Positions 1-10,955 of a stretch of 64,000 bases of DNA are shown in pieces. The first letter of the stretch is position 1; each line of letters begins with the position of its first letter. The stretch is from Diplonema japonicum (Eukaryota > Protista > Euglenozoa: Diplonemea), in assembly GCA_964019335.1 (NCBI GenBank), contig OZ025659.1:62001-126000 (forward strand), given 5' to 3'. The notes beneath the pieces are model-generated. The model saw only the letters and a program-made list of their open reading frames with translations, was not told the origin of the DNA and searched no databases. Position numbers and translations under genes: made by a program.

Positions 1-297
1 GGTGAGCTGTTCCATGTTAGTGGGGTCCGTGTTTAAAATCCTTTCCTTTACCAGCAACACTGACGCCTTGGTCAGTGCCACTAGCTTTTCATACAGCCAC
101 GATCCTTTACCTCCCTCGACTACCGCTACCACCAGCCTGTACACACCATCAAACGAGACATCTTGGCTCCCTTTTACCCGTACTGCCTCTAGGCTTTGTT
201 CGATTTGTGCCCATTTCTCTGCGTCTGCGCTGACACGGCCGCTGTCTTGTGTGCCTTGCAGCCCTACAGGGACCGGCACTGTACCCCACTCAGGCAT
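1..297 (-). CDS. Cullin-like protein, N-terminal part (runs off window)
   Basis: My translation from ATG at 297: MPEWGTVPVP...EKWAQIEQSLEAVRVKGSQDVSFDGVYRLVVAVVEGGKGSWLYEKLV. It resembles cullin repeat 1 (W..L...I......SFEELYR......G..LY..L). Open to position 1. Confidence 0.55.
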   Translation of the reverse strand, partial: MPEWGTVPVPVGLQGTQDSGRVSADAEKWAQIEQSLEAVRVKGSQDVSFDGVYRLVVAVVEGGKGSWLYEKLVALTKASVLLVKERILNTDPTNMEQLT

Positions 298-929
298 ATG
301 AGGAACGGAAAGAAGAGGGGGGAAAAATAGGTAGGGGGCAGGGTGATGAACCAGAGAGGAACGAGAAAAAAATAAAAAAAGGGGGGGAAATAAAAAGGCG
401 TCCTCCCCCTTCTTTCCTTTTTATTTTTTTTTTTTTGTATTCCTGTGTTATGTGTTTTGCAACCCGGAAGAACATTATGAGCAATAATAAGAGGGGGGGA
501 AAAAGAGCAGGAAAAAAAAAAAAGAAAAAAAAAACTTTTTTTCTTAAAAAGTTTTTTCTTGTTTTCTTTTTTTTTCTCCCTCTCACTTTCGCTCTCACGG
601 AAACGCGGAAAAAAAAAAAGAAGAAGGGAGTGCGACTTAGTTTGCCTCGTCCTTAAGGGGTTATGTAAAAAAAAAATAAAGAAACCACGAAGTAAGAAGA
701 GATGAAAATTGTTGAAACTTGTGTGGTGGGTGGATATGGACAGGAGAGGGGTCTTTTTTTTTTTGTTTCCTTTTATTCCCCACCTTCCCTCTTTTTCCCC
801 CTTTTTCTTTTCTCCCCCACCCAATTTTTCTCGTTGTCAACCGTAAAAAAAAAAAAAAAAAAGAAAAATGAAGCCATTCTAAACCCTTTCCTCTAGACAA
901 TGAAAAAACAACTCCCCCCCTCCCCCTTT

Positions 930-1671
930 TTATTGAACAAATAAAGCGACTTTGCCAGTCAGGCTGAGATCCACCAAAGACAGCGCCCCGTGGGTAGCAA
1001 GATCGAGGCTTTTCCGTGGGTACGTCATCACAAGCTTGCAAGTATCCGTGTCTTCGAATTGCTCTCGAATGTCCTATGTGTTATTGTAATTTTTCTTCCT
1101 TTTTCCCCTTGGTTGCGATTTGTAATGGAAGATAAAAAGTGTCTCTGAAAACATATGGACGAAGGTGCCCCATGGCATCTCTAGGAGGGGATTGCGGACA
1201 GGCACGTCACCCCTGTTTCTCCCGGCTTCAGTGCTAACGAAAGGTTCCCCTCCCCCAACACGCACTAATGACGACTCGCAGGAGGAGGAGCCGCAGCCCG
1301 CAGCATACGACGCCGGTGCCCACCCAATCAGACAATCTGGTTGAGCAGTATGAATCCCCACCGCAGGGAGTTCGAACCGCAGTTGCGGAAACTGCAGCAG
1401 GACCAGAACCTAGGACTACAGTAGGAACTGAGAGAGGTAACCCGCTTCTTTCTGCGTGGAGGCGGAACGGCCCTGCGGAGAGGCGCAGGTCGGTGAGGGG
1501 GCGAGGCAAAACGGGCAAGCGTTTTCTTTTTTTCCCAATCCCCTACACATACCTCATGAAGATCCAGAAACCAAAACACGGTTTCAAGCTTGTTTGTTTT
1601 CTGGAACCTCCTTGTGATCCCACTGCCATTCGGAAGCTTCACCATCAGTTCTACGGTGTCTGCTGATGCAG

Positions 1672-1705
<34 letters not shown>

Positions 1706-2815
1706 GGGGGGATCCCATACTGGTTCAATCCCCAGCCCCACCAGTCGGGACTCTCTCCTCTCTTCTATTTTCATCCTCTTCTCGAGGATTTCCGTCTGTT
1801 CTTTCCGGACCGCGGCCTCGGCGGCTTCCTGTTCCCGTTCCTCTCTTTGCGAACGGTCTCGCTCCTCCGCTTCTTTCTTGCTGTCCTCCAGCATCGCCTG
1901 TTGCAAAGCCTCTGAAATGTCATCTTTGATCTGCTTGTTCTCAGAAACTTCTGTGGCAGCACGTTCGATGTCCAACCGGTCAGAATGGTCTGCAATGACG
2001 TGAAGTAATGTGTTAAAGAAGTCATCCCCTAACACGTTTCCAATAAGCGGTTTGACAAGTTTCATTTCACCCCCCGAGACGGGTACGAGAACGGCGACAA
2101 TGGGAATCTGAGGGGTGTGTGGTGACAACTGATCTTGGAGGGACTGGTTGTTCTCGATAATCTTAAGAAAAGCGTCGTATTGAGCAGTGTTGACGTCAGC
2201 CATCCATGTTGAAAATATGTTGGTCAGGGCTTTGTTTTCGGGGTCTTCAAGTTTATGAGACAGCATTCCGAGCATTTCAACGGATTTCAGGTTTGAAACT
2301 GAATAGATGATGCATATTAAAGGCGATCGGTTGCGCCTGGCGTCACCCAACGCAGTTGTGATGCTTGGCTGTGCGTTAAGTTGCGTCCATACAATTCGTG
2401 ACAATGATTCGCCCAAGGCAGAGTCCACTTGTGCATCAGATGTCGACTCGTCGATGAAGGTCTCGTCGTTACCGAAAAACTGTGGTGTGCCAGATGTGCC
2501 TGTCCGGAGGTTGCGGAGGCTATTTATAATGTTCACGCTTCCCATCATTCTTGCTTCTTCCATGCTCACCAGCTCTTCCGCCCGTTGTTGCTCTTCCATG
2601 TAGTCCATTCTCGATAGGGTGATCATGTCGCTGTCGGCCATCGCCGTGCCCACTTCCGCCCCGTCTCCGCACCCATGTGGCAGCCCTTCTATCCTCTGCT
2701 CTCCGACTTGTACCCCGAATTGCAGCTGCATAAGCTGCTTGAACTCCCCTATTGTTATATCCACCGGTATCTGCATGGGCACAGGGTCACCATTGAAATT
2801 CACAAATATCAGCAT
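930..2815 (-). CDS. FAF1/UBX-type p97 adaptor (ubiquitin-like, UAS, coiled coil, UBX); 3 exons
   Basis: ORF 1328-2815 plus GT-AG introns 1673-1720 (48 nt, CA repeat) and 1074-1552 (479 nt). The last exon 930-1073 (DIREQFEDTDTCKLVMTYPRKSLDL...ALFVQ*) completes the UBX domain (VKLPNG...RRF...YPRK). Confidence 0.85.
1140..1525 (-). mobile_element. GC-rich insertion in UBX intron; probable member of the HDV-ribozyme-associated repeat family
   Basis: Complex sequence in an intron about 10x the usual size. It shares CCACGCAGA, TCTCTCAGTT and TGYGGGCTGMGGC with 44539-45242, and GGTGGGGATTC with the 10.4 kb island (by-eye alignment). Confidence 0.45.
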
Positions 2816-3568
2816 TCCTCTCTTTTTTTTTTTTTTTTTTTCCTTTGGAAACCAGGGTGATGAATAAGTGTACGAGATATATTGAGAAGGAGGGAGGAAA
2901 TAAGTGAGGGGGGGAGGGGGGGGATCCGCTTACTTAACCCTTTCCCGATACGCTGGTGCCCCCCCCCCCCCCCCCCATTCTTCTTTCTCTTGTTCGTTCT
3001 CTTCTTTCAGAGTCTGTGTCAACCAACTGTTTCTTACAACAGCAAAAGAGATATAAAAGAAGCAAAAAAAAACTATTTAGATGCTTGTTTCGCTTTTGGG
3101 GGTGCCAGGATGTTACAACGCCGCAGCGGCTTCGGAGGCTTTCTTTTTTTTCTTTATTATTCCCCCCCCTACTTTACGAAACTGCGATGGTCCACGGATA
3201 GTCTTTCAAGACTTTACCGACAAATTTACTCTCGTTAATACAACAACAAAAAATACAACAAAATAAAAATCACAATGATGGGGAGGGAGGGAGGGAGGGA
3301 GGGAGGGGGGGTGTTTGTCAACGACCGATGTTGCGTTGCCTGAACGTTGCCGGGGGGAGGCACAAAACCCGGGAGAAGGCTTATAAAACCCCGCCACGTT
3401 TTTCCCAACGTTACCCCCCCTTTTTTGTGTAGGACATAAAAAATAGCATATGAGAGTGGGGGGGGGGTTCTAAAAAAACACAATTTTTTCTTTTTTGTAA
3501 AAAAAGAAATCGACAATTGAATATAAAAAAAAAAAAAAAAGATTTTTTTTTTCCAACTCCCCCATTCA

Positions 3569-4333
3569 TCAATTCTTCCTCACAGGCCTTGCGAGGTCCA
3601 AATCAGTAAGGGAAACCTTGGAAGGATACTCGCCGCCACCGTTTGAGTAAATACTGCTGCCTGTCGTCGAGAACATGGTGGAGGCGATTGAAGAATCCGT
3701 CTCGCAGATGCCTGCGGCCTCGAAGTGTGTGTAGGAAGAAAACCCCCCAGTGGGTGAAGCAGGCTGCCTGCCACGGTTCTGGTTCCTGTAGGCTGACACC
3801 TCGGAGGCACGGTACTCCTTGACCGGCGTGAGGGAGGTGTTGTGTTTGCTGGCTTTTTGATGCGCTTTTAAAAGCCCTTTGTTCCCAGGAGAGAGACGTA
3901 GCCCGATTTCTAAAACAGGCAGGGCTTCCTTGTACATCCCCTGTGCCATCAGAGCATCAGCTTTTCTTCCGTATCCTTTGAACCAGTTTGGCTTGAGTTC
4001 GATGCATTTTTCAGCATCAGACTGTGCAAGAGAAAGGTACTCTCCACCAAGATGCGAGCTTGCAGCGCTCCTGTTGCTGTGCAGCATATGAATATCGTCG
4101 CTTTCCAGCTGTTCGTGGAGGGCTTCGCTGTACCATTCCACAGCTTCTTGGTAGTAGCCTTTCTGGAAGGCTTTGTTCCCAAGTTCCTTCATCTCCTTCG
4201 CTGTTAAAGGTGCGGCTTCGTACTTTATATCTGGCTCTCTCATGTCCTCCTCTGAGATTCCCATTTCCTTCATGAAGGTTTCCTTCGAAACCGCCCTCCT
4301 CCCGAACATCGCGAACTTGCGCTCGGTTTCCAT
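3569..4333 (-). CDS. TPR-repeat protein (STI1/HOP-like co-chaperone TPR domain)
   Basis: KELGNKAFQKGYYQEAVEWYSEAL...HSNRSAA...DAEKCIELKPNWFKGYGRKA: three TPRs. Start set at METERK. Confidence 0.82.
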   Translation of the reverse strand: METERKFAMFGRRAVSKETFMKEMGISEEDMREPDIKYEAAPLTAKEMKELGNKAFQKGYYQEAVEWYSEALHEQLESDDIHMLHSNRSAASSHLGGEYLSLAQSDAEKCIELKPNWFKGYGRKADALMAQGMYKEALPVLEIGLRLSPGNKGLLKAHQKASKHNTSLTPVKEYRASEVSAYRNQNRGRQPASPTGGFSSYTHFEAAGICETDSSIASTMFSTTGSSIYSNGGGEYPSKVSLTDLDLARPVRKN

Positions 4334-5052
4334 GTGGATTTCCCTTTTTTTGTTGTTGTTGTGGGGTTTGAACAATAGAACAAAAAGAAGAGAAAAAAAA
4401 AACAATCGAATTTCTTTTTTTTTTTCCCCCTTTCATAATCAGGTGGTAGGACTGTTTCCAAAGTGCCACATCATTGTAAGGTTCTTTCCTTTTTTTTTTT
4501 CTCACAACAGTTGGAACAAAAAGCACAAAAAAAAAAAAAAAAAGTGGGAGAAACATGTCCACCACTAGAAGTCAATAAGCGTAGATGGTAGGTTTTTTCT
4601 TCTTCTTTTTTCCTTTTCCCCTCCTTTTTTCCTTTAAACACAGTACTTTTCTCTTTTTCCCTCTTTTTTTTCAACCCCCCAGCGGCATAATAACACCACC
4701 ATGACTTTTTTCTTCCTCCTCTAGATTTTACTTCATTCAGTGCCCTTACTAGGGCCGGGGGTCATACCCTCCCACCCTCCCCACCAAACTTGAAGTAAAG
4801 AGTGTGGAAAAAAAAATACTTTCCCTTCTTCTATAAAAAGAAGATTGGAATAAAAAAAAAAGAGGAAGGGGGGATAAAAAAATGTGGGTTTCCCCCCCTC
4901 CCCCCCCCCCCCCCCCCGACACACCACGACACGCTAAAGGAAAAGGGAAAGAAAAAAAAGGAAAAAAAAAGGGAGAGAGAGAGAGAGATATACGAGGGTT
5001 TCGAAACAAGTTACATCATAAACATCATTAAAAAAAAAAAAAAAAAAAGAAA

Positions 5053-6705
5053 TCAATCATTTCCAAACGCGTGGATATTTGCAGCAGATAGCCTTGCGCT
5101 CTTTCGATTCCGCTGCCTCTGCTCGACCTCGCTTCTCGACGTGCGATAGTTAAGATACATCCCAATACACGCCGCAAGAACGCAACAAAGACCGACCACA
5201 AGGTGCGTGACGAAAAAACAGGCATCACCATGGCACTCAATATCACCGTTCTCCGAGGGAGGGCTCTGATACTTTTCATAGACCCCGGATGCGAGAAGAG
5301 TGCTGAAACCTAACGAGCCGAGGGAAGGGGCGAACATCATCCACATATAATTCGACGCAAAGTAACGTATCCCAAAGAGATCAGACACCACAGCAGGGAA
5401 AACAGCTTGCATGCCGCCGTATGACATGCCAGCAAGGCAAAACCCAGGATACGCAGCATCACCAGAAGGCAGCATGAGAACAGCATGGGACAACCCATGT
5501 ACAAAGACTGTTGATGATAGAACCGTGAGGCGTGTGATGCCGACGGCTTCCATTTTGTCAGAGAACAACGCGAGGAATATCCTCCCCATGGAATTGAACA
5601 CATACAACAGGCTGACGCTGATGTCGATTTCCTGATCATCCTTCCCCTTCGCCGTGACCATCTGGCTGGCGTTGTTTATAATTGTCAACCCGCCCCCGGT
5701 TCCAACCCCAAGTACAATGAACAGTAACCAAAAATCAATGGTTTTCAAGGCTTCTGTTGGGGGGATGCCTTCTTCTTGTTCTTCGTCGGGTGTGACAAGC
5801 TTTGTAGCCTCGTCGTGTAACGGGTTCTCATTGGCCTCTGCGTCTTTAATAGTCCCCATGGACTTTTCCATGTATGTTGTAGACTTCTTTGAGATACGGT
5901 AGGGACCTGTCTTCCAAGACAGCAACACCATAAGCGATGCTATGCACAGCATTCCTATTCCGAATGCGATGTACTCAACAGTGGTGTCATCTTCACCATC
6001 GCCTGAGACGGCTTGGACAAGCGATGCGATGAGAATTACAATTGCTAGGAAGCCTAAAATGCCGAAGGATGTAATGAGTTTCTTCCTTGCACCCTTATCG
6101 GTGTCGGGGACGGGTGTTGTTTCGCACAGGAAGACCGTCGCGACAATCGCCGGGACGGAGCATATAATGGATATGAACAGTAGATACTTGTCCTTCGCGT
6201 TGTTGAAGAACGCCACACCAGACCGGGTTATCACAGCACCGGCCAACCCTAAGAACGCCTTTTGCATGCCAACTATCAATCCTCTGTGATGCGGTAGATT
6301 TTTCACCCCGCAGGTCAACGCGGCCGCGTCGTAGTACCCAGCACCGTGGCCCCATAAACCTGCGAAGAGGCATGCGAGGTATAGTCCGCAGTCCCACTCC
6401 AACGCGAGCACCAGGTACAGCATGAAATACCCCGAGAATGTCAGGAGGACGCCGATGAGGATCGTGCTGGTGACGCCCCCCCATTTGCTGTCGTACCACA
6501 CGCCCGCCACGGGCATGAAGGCGAAGATATTGCCTATTAGCGCGATGGTTTGCAGCTTGCTTTGCCCATTCTCATCGCCCTTGAACAGAACCTCTTTAAG
6601 CTCTGCCGAGTAGGTGCTGAAGAGGTACATGTTGCCAGCGGCGAACTGACACGCCAGCGAACCACAGAACGAGACCCACGCATTCCATTGCAGTCCGTAC
6701 CCCAT
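5053..6705 (-). CDS. MFS transporter, nodulin-like/NFD4 family
   Basis: About 12 hydrophobic segments; YLFSTYSAELK, NLPHHRGLIVG, DFWLLF..GGGLTIINN, SDLFG.RYF, C.G..CF motifs. Confidence 0.88.
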   Translation of the reverse strand: MGYGLQWNAWVSFCGSLACQFAAGNMYLFSTYSAELKEVLFKGDENGQSKLQTIALIGNIFAFMPVAGVWYDSKWGGVTSTILIGVLLTFSGYFMLYLVLALEWDCGLYLACLFAGLWGHGAGYYDAAALTCGVKNLPHHRGLIVGMQKAFLGLAGAVITRSGVAFFNNAKDKYLLFISIICSVPAIVATVFLCETTPVPDTDKGARKKLITSFGILGFLAIVILIASLVQAVSGDGEDDTTVEYIAFGIGMLCIASLMVLLSWKTGPYRISKKSTTYMEKSMGTIKDAEANENPLHDEATKLVTPDEEQEEGIPPTEALKTIDFWLLFIVLGVGTGGGLTIINNASQMVTAKGKDDQEIDISVSLLYVFNSMGRIFLALFSDKMEAVGITRLTVLSSTVFVHGLSHAVLMLPSGDAAYPGFCLAGMSYGGMQAVFPAVVSDLFGIRYFASNYMWMMFAPSLGSLGFSTLLASGVYEKYQSPPSENGDIECHGDACFFVTHLVVGLCCVLAACIGMYLNYRTSRSEVEQRQRNRKSARLSAANIHAFGND

Positions 6706-6899
6706 GGTCCTGTGGTGGGTGTCGATGGTGGAAGAAGAAAAAAAAGAGAAAAAGAAAATCAAATGGGGGGGGGGAGACTAATATTCTTTTTTCTTCTTTT
6801 TTTTACATGGGGGGTTGAAATTATTCATTTCACTTTCTTAAGGAAAAAAAAAAGACGACAGCACACACAAAATCAACACTTTTCTCCCCCTTATCCTTA

Positions 6900-8156
6900 T
6901 TAATACCCGCCTTCGTCAGGCGTCTCGACTGCGATCAGTTTCATTTGCGGTGCCCATTGACCCTATATATATATTTTTTTTTTGTTTTGTTTTTAAGTCC
7001 ATACCTTTCGCATCACCCCAGCCTGCAACAGATCCCATTTAGGAAAATGCATGTACGTGTTCAAAGGAGGCGGCGCGACATTCGGCGAGTATATGGCAGG
7101 CGGCTGGTCCAGTGTGTGCGGTTGGAAATCCCTGTTGAAAGTGCCCTCGTAGTAGAGACCGTCGGGCATCCGCCATTCACCCTCCTTGATGACACCCTTT
7201 TTGACCTTCCGTGTTTTTTCACCGTCCTCCTCGAAATCGAAGGCTTCCTCGCCCCATTCTCCTCTGTAATCACCGCCTGGGGAGTAGGTGTATAGTGGCT
7301 TCCCGGTTTTCGAATCGTAAGATTTCTCCCAGTACGCGAAGCTGTACGTTCCGAACCCGCATTTTGTTCCGTTTTTCCAGTGGCCAGAATAGGTGTCGCC
7401 GTTCACGTAGTAGAAAATCCCTTGTCCTTGACGCTTGCCGTCGCACCATTCTCCTTTGTAGACTGAGCCGTCCTTCATTTTCATAACACCGATTCCGTTC
7501 CTCACACCGTTCTGGTAGTCGCCGTAGTAGAATGGGTAGAACCCGAATTCCAATGCGCAGGCGACAACGACGGTGGAGCAGCATAGTGAGGTGGAGGCTT
7601 GTTTGATGAAATCGTCGTGGTTGGAGGAGACAACGCTCCACGAGTTGTTCAGCGGCATGAAGACCCGTTCGTCTTCAGGAAGCGACATCACGAGCTTCTC
7701 AAGCAACGTGTCCAGCTCTGATTTCCCCTGAGACACGTTTACATAACGGCCTTGTCCGTTACGTTTCCCACCGAAGTATTTTCCTTCAAATGTGTCACCG
7801 TTGTTGTATATTGCCCTTGCTTTACCTGTTCGTTCGTTGTATTTGTCTCTGGCGCCTGCAAATATGCCAAGGCGGATTACAGCCGTGCAGCGGACTTCAA
7901 AGGTTGACAGGGATTTGGGGTCGTCGGTGTTGGGTTTCAAGGGGCCTTCGCTTGCGAACCATTTTGCCCATTCTAGCTTTGAATCCATGTCGGAGGGGTC
8001 GCCTGCTGGTTCTCTGTCCTCTTCGGGTGTCGCTTTCCATGCTTCTAGCGCCTGCCAGATCTGCCATTCGATTTTTTTAAACCCTGTTTCCTTGTCGATC
8101 TCATCGTAGTCGATTTTGATGAGTTCTTTCTCAACCTCTTCTTCCTCGTCGGACAT
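6900..8156 (-). CDS. MORN-repeat protein (RSPH1-like, probably flagellar); 2 exons
   Basis: Repeated YxGxWxxGKRxGxG MORN motifs. Intron 6963-7004; last exon GQWAPQMKLIAVETPDEGGY*. Confidence 0.85.
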
Positions 8157-8267
8157 TTTTTTTTTTTTTTTGGATGTTCCTTTTTTTCTTTTTTTTTTTT
8201 TGGTGGAGGGTGAAAAAAAAAGTTTTGGAATGATGGTTCTTTTTTCTTTTTTTCTCATTTTTTTTTT

Positions 8268-9177
8268 CTAAAACAACCAAAATCTCTTTTTCGGGTCCTC
8301 TCCGATTTCTCTCTCCGCCCGCTCTTCCTCGATCTCCTTCTTCATGTACGCCTCCGGGTTTTTTCCGTATTCCTCCTTCATCATGATTCCCGTCGCGAAC
8401 ACCTTTGCCTCCAAGTTCTGAATTTGTAAGTTTTGAAGGGGGGGGGGGGGAATACCAGCAGTTCTGCCTCCAACAGAGCCTCGTATTCTCTTTGGTTCAT
8501 CATCGAGTTTCGGAAATCCGTAATTTCGGGTCCAGTAGGAGCTGAATAATAATTAATTTAGAGCGCGGGGGGGGGAATCCCATACGTTGATATTTCCATT
8601 CCATTTCGTTCCCTTCATAGTACGCAGGAAGACCCTTGTGGGATTTTGGCCGGGTGGCGGGGTCATTCAAATAACCCGCCCCTATGTTCGCACCACCACT
8701 CTTCCAAAAATCGTTGATTATGCCGAAGACAAAACCGCCGACTGTTTTGGTTTTTTTTTTTTTTTTCATTCTTTTTTTCAAAAAAAAAAAAAAAATCATA
8801 CTTCCAAAAAATATAAGAGTCCAAACAACCGATAAAACGGGTCCTGGAACATAGTTGGCAGTTGGGGCGTTGGGGTCCTCTATGAGGGGTTGCTGCAGAA
8901 TCCCTTCTTCATTAAGATACAGGAAAGGGTGGGTCCGTGTGTCACGGAGCGTCTCTAAGGCCGTAATGCCTTTTGTCAGCGCCTCCGTCTTGGCGAACTC
9001 ATCCATCAAGTGCATTCGTACCTTGAACTCTGTCCTGACACTGTCGTACGCAACTACTCGTAATTTTGGGTTCGATATTTGCATTGCGGCCTTCATGAGC
9101 TCTTTATACAACCTTTTCGCGTCCTGTTTGGTCACCTTTGTCACCCCTCTCATCATGCTATACGCCGCTGAACTCAT
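8268..9177 (-). CDS. LYR-motif protein with one TM helix (probably mitochondrial); 4 exons
   Basis: LYKELMKAA...VRTEFK LYR signature. Three short GT-AG introns restore an open frame to TAG at 8268-8270. Confidence 0.68.
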
Positions 9178-9261
9178 TTTATTTTTTCCTTTCCTTCTTC
9201 CCCCCTCCCCCCCGCCCCCCACGGGTTCCCCTTCCTCCTTTTTCTTTTTGATTGACATATC

Positions 9262-9615
9262 CATGACGTGTTCAAAGGCATGGGGCCCGGACAACGGTGC
9301 GTCGTCATCAAAGGGAAAGGGATCAAGAAGACGGTGGGGATTTCCCAGGACTCACAGAGAAGGAACCAGCCCTGGATCATGGGGCCCGATGGAAGGGAAC
9401 ACATGGTATCCGCAAGGGGTCTGGAAAGAGAAATCGACCCTCGGGCACTGGGACAACTACCCGGTGTCTGTGTTAGGCATCGATGTGGACGAGATGCGCG
9501 GAGCGGTCAAGCGCGGCGACGAATTCGAGAACCAATTCGCCCAGACGGAGATGCGCCATCTGGCGACAGCGGCAGCAGGCTTAGGGAGGAGAAGTCGGTG
9601 TGGACGCTCGACGGC
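9262..9615 (+). other. Coding-like antisense island, probable transposon-derived fragment
   Basis: Homopolymer-free, codon-like sequence on the strand opposite all host genes, with two overlapping open frames and no recognisable domain. Confidence 0.3.
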
Positions 9616-10224
9616 AAAAATCATAAGAAAATATAATAAAAAAAAATAAACCAAACCGGATCACAAAAAAAGAATTGCATGAAAACGGGAGGGGGGGGGG
9701 GGGGGGGGGGACACAAGGTGTGTTGCGGTTACGGTCACCGAGCCTCTTTTTTCTTTGTACCTAGGGGCCGGTGGCTTAAAGAAAACCTTGTAAAGAAAAA
9801 AAAATAAAAAAGGGGGAAAAAAAGAAGAAGAAAAAACCCTGCTCGAAAGATTGTGCACATGGCCTACGACCCACTTGCAGTGACCGCACCCCATGAAAGG
9901 AAGAGTATTATAATTGTACTTTGGGGAAAAAAAGGGGAAGAAGAAGCGAGGCCAGAATTTGATTCATGACATCACCCTTTAAAAAAAAAAAAAGAAGAGC
10001 CGTTGCAAATATCTCCCTGCTTGACAACAGTTTATTTTATTTTATTTTCTTCCTTTTTTTTCCAGTTTTCTTTTGACAGTGGAAACAGATATGTGGCTTG
10101 TAAGCTAAAGTCAAATCCGACGAATGGTAAAAAAAAGAAAAAAAGTAGAAATACAAACGAATGCAAAGAAAAAAAAAAGTTGAAAACTATCTGGCAGAAG
10201 AGAAGAAAAAAAAAATATATATAA

Positions 10225-10570
10225 GAGATAAGGGACCTCGGTCGAGCTGTAGATGCGTGAGGTGTGCAGCTCAGACTGCGCTCGTTCTTACATTCTTCTT
10301 CCACTCGGGTGCTACCGGTGATGACCGACGAGGAGGTCAACAGCGAACAACACATCTGATGTACTTCTTCATACCTCCATGGAATCCCCACCACTTTAAA
10401 AAAAGAAAAAAAAAAGCTTCCCACGGCACTGCCACAGTCGGGCTGTACCGTAAAGTACAGAAGCAGGGTGGCAGGGGGGTGATTGTAATCAAACGACACA
10501 TTTAGTAGATTGAGTGAGCTTCTAGCCTGTGCAGCGGCAAGCCACAAAATTTTTGCACAAACCCATGGCA
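10225..10570 (-). mobile_element. Degenerate copy of the HDV-ribozyme-associated element
   Basis: Contains an HDV-like core ACC-TCCTCGTC-GGT-CATCACC-GG. Shares GCATC...GTCCCTTATC and GTGGCTT...CAGGCnAGnAGC with 24575-25063. Confidence 0.45.
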
Positions 10571-10955
10571 AAAAAAAAAGAAGAAAAAAACATCCAAGCT
10601 AGATAGCGGGGGGGGGGGGGACAAATTTTCAATGGGAATGCCCGTGAACAAGAAAACCCGGTGGCACACAGTTCTATAAATTCTTTTCTTTTTTCTTTTT
10701 TTTTTTTTTGTTTATTTTAAAATCAGAACCCCGTTAATAACTGGTGGACATGGGAAAAAGGGGGTGTGGGGAGAGTGAGAGAAAAAAAAAAAGTTTATTT
10801 TTCTTTTTTCTTTTTTTTTCCCCTCTCTCTTTTCTTTCTTGACATGATATGACCAGCAAAGGCCTCTACTGTGTCTGATTCCTAATAATAATGTATTTTT
10901 TTATTTTTTTATTTTTTTTTTTTTTTTTTGCTTTTTCTTTTTTCTTTTGTCTTTG

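Noticed and set aside
249-1041. Numerous poly-Lys/Phe/Gly/Pro ORFs here and in other spacers
   Set aside because: Translations of homopolymer runs, not proteins.
1372-1410. SRP RNA helix-8-like CAG...GGAAAC...AGCAGG
   Set aside because: No Alu domain, helix 6 or Pol III terminator arrangement; likely chance.
1074-1552. Intron length (479 nt) equals the 44.5-kb repeat period
   Set aside because: The intron includes ordinary A-rich ends, so the insert is shorter than 479 nt. Numerical coincidence.
10445-10463. Spliced-leader-like TTCTGTACTTTA..GTA on the minus strand
   Set aside because: Only about 12 nt match. The 5' part of the euglenozoan SL exon is absent and the match lies in a local hairpin.
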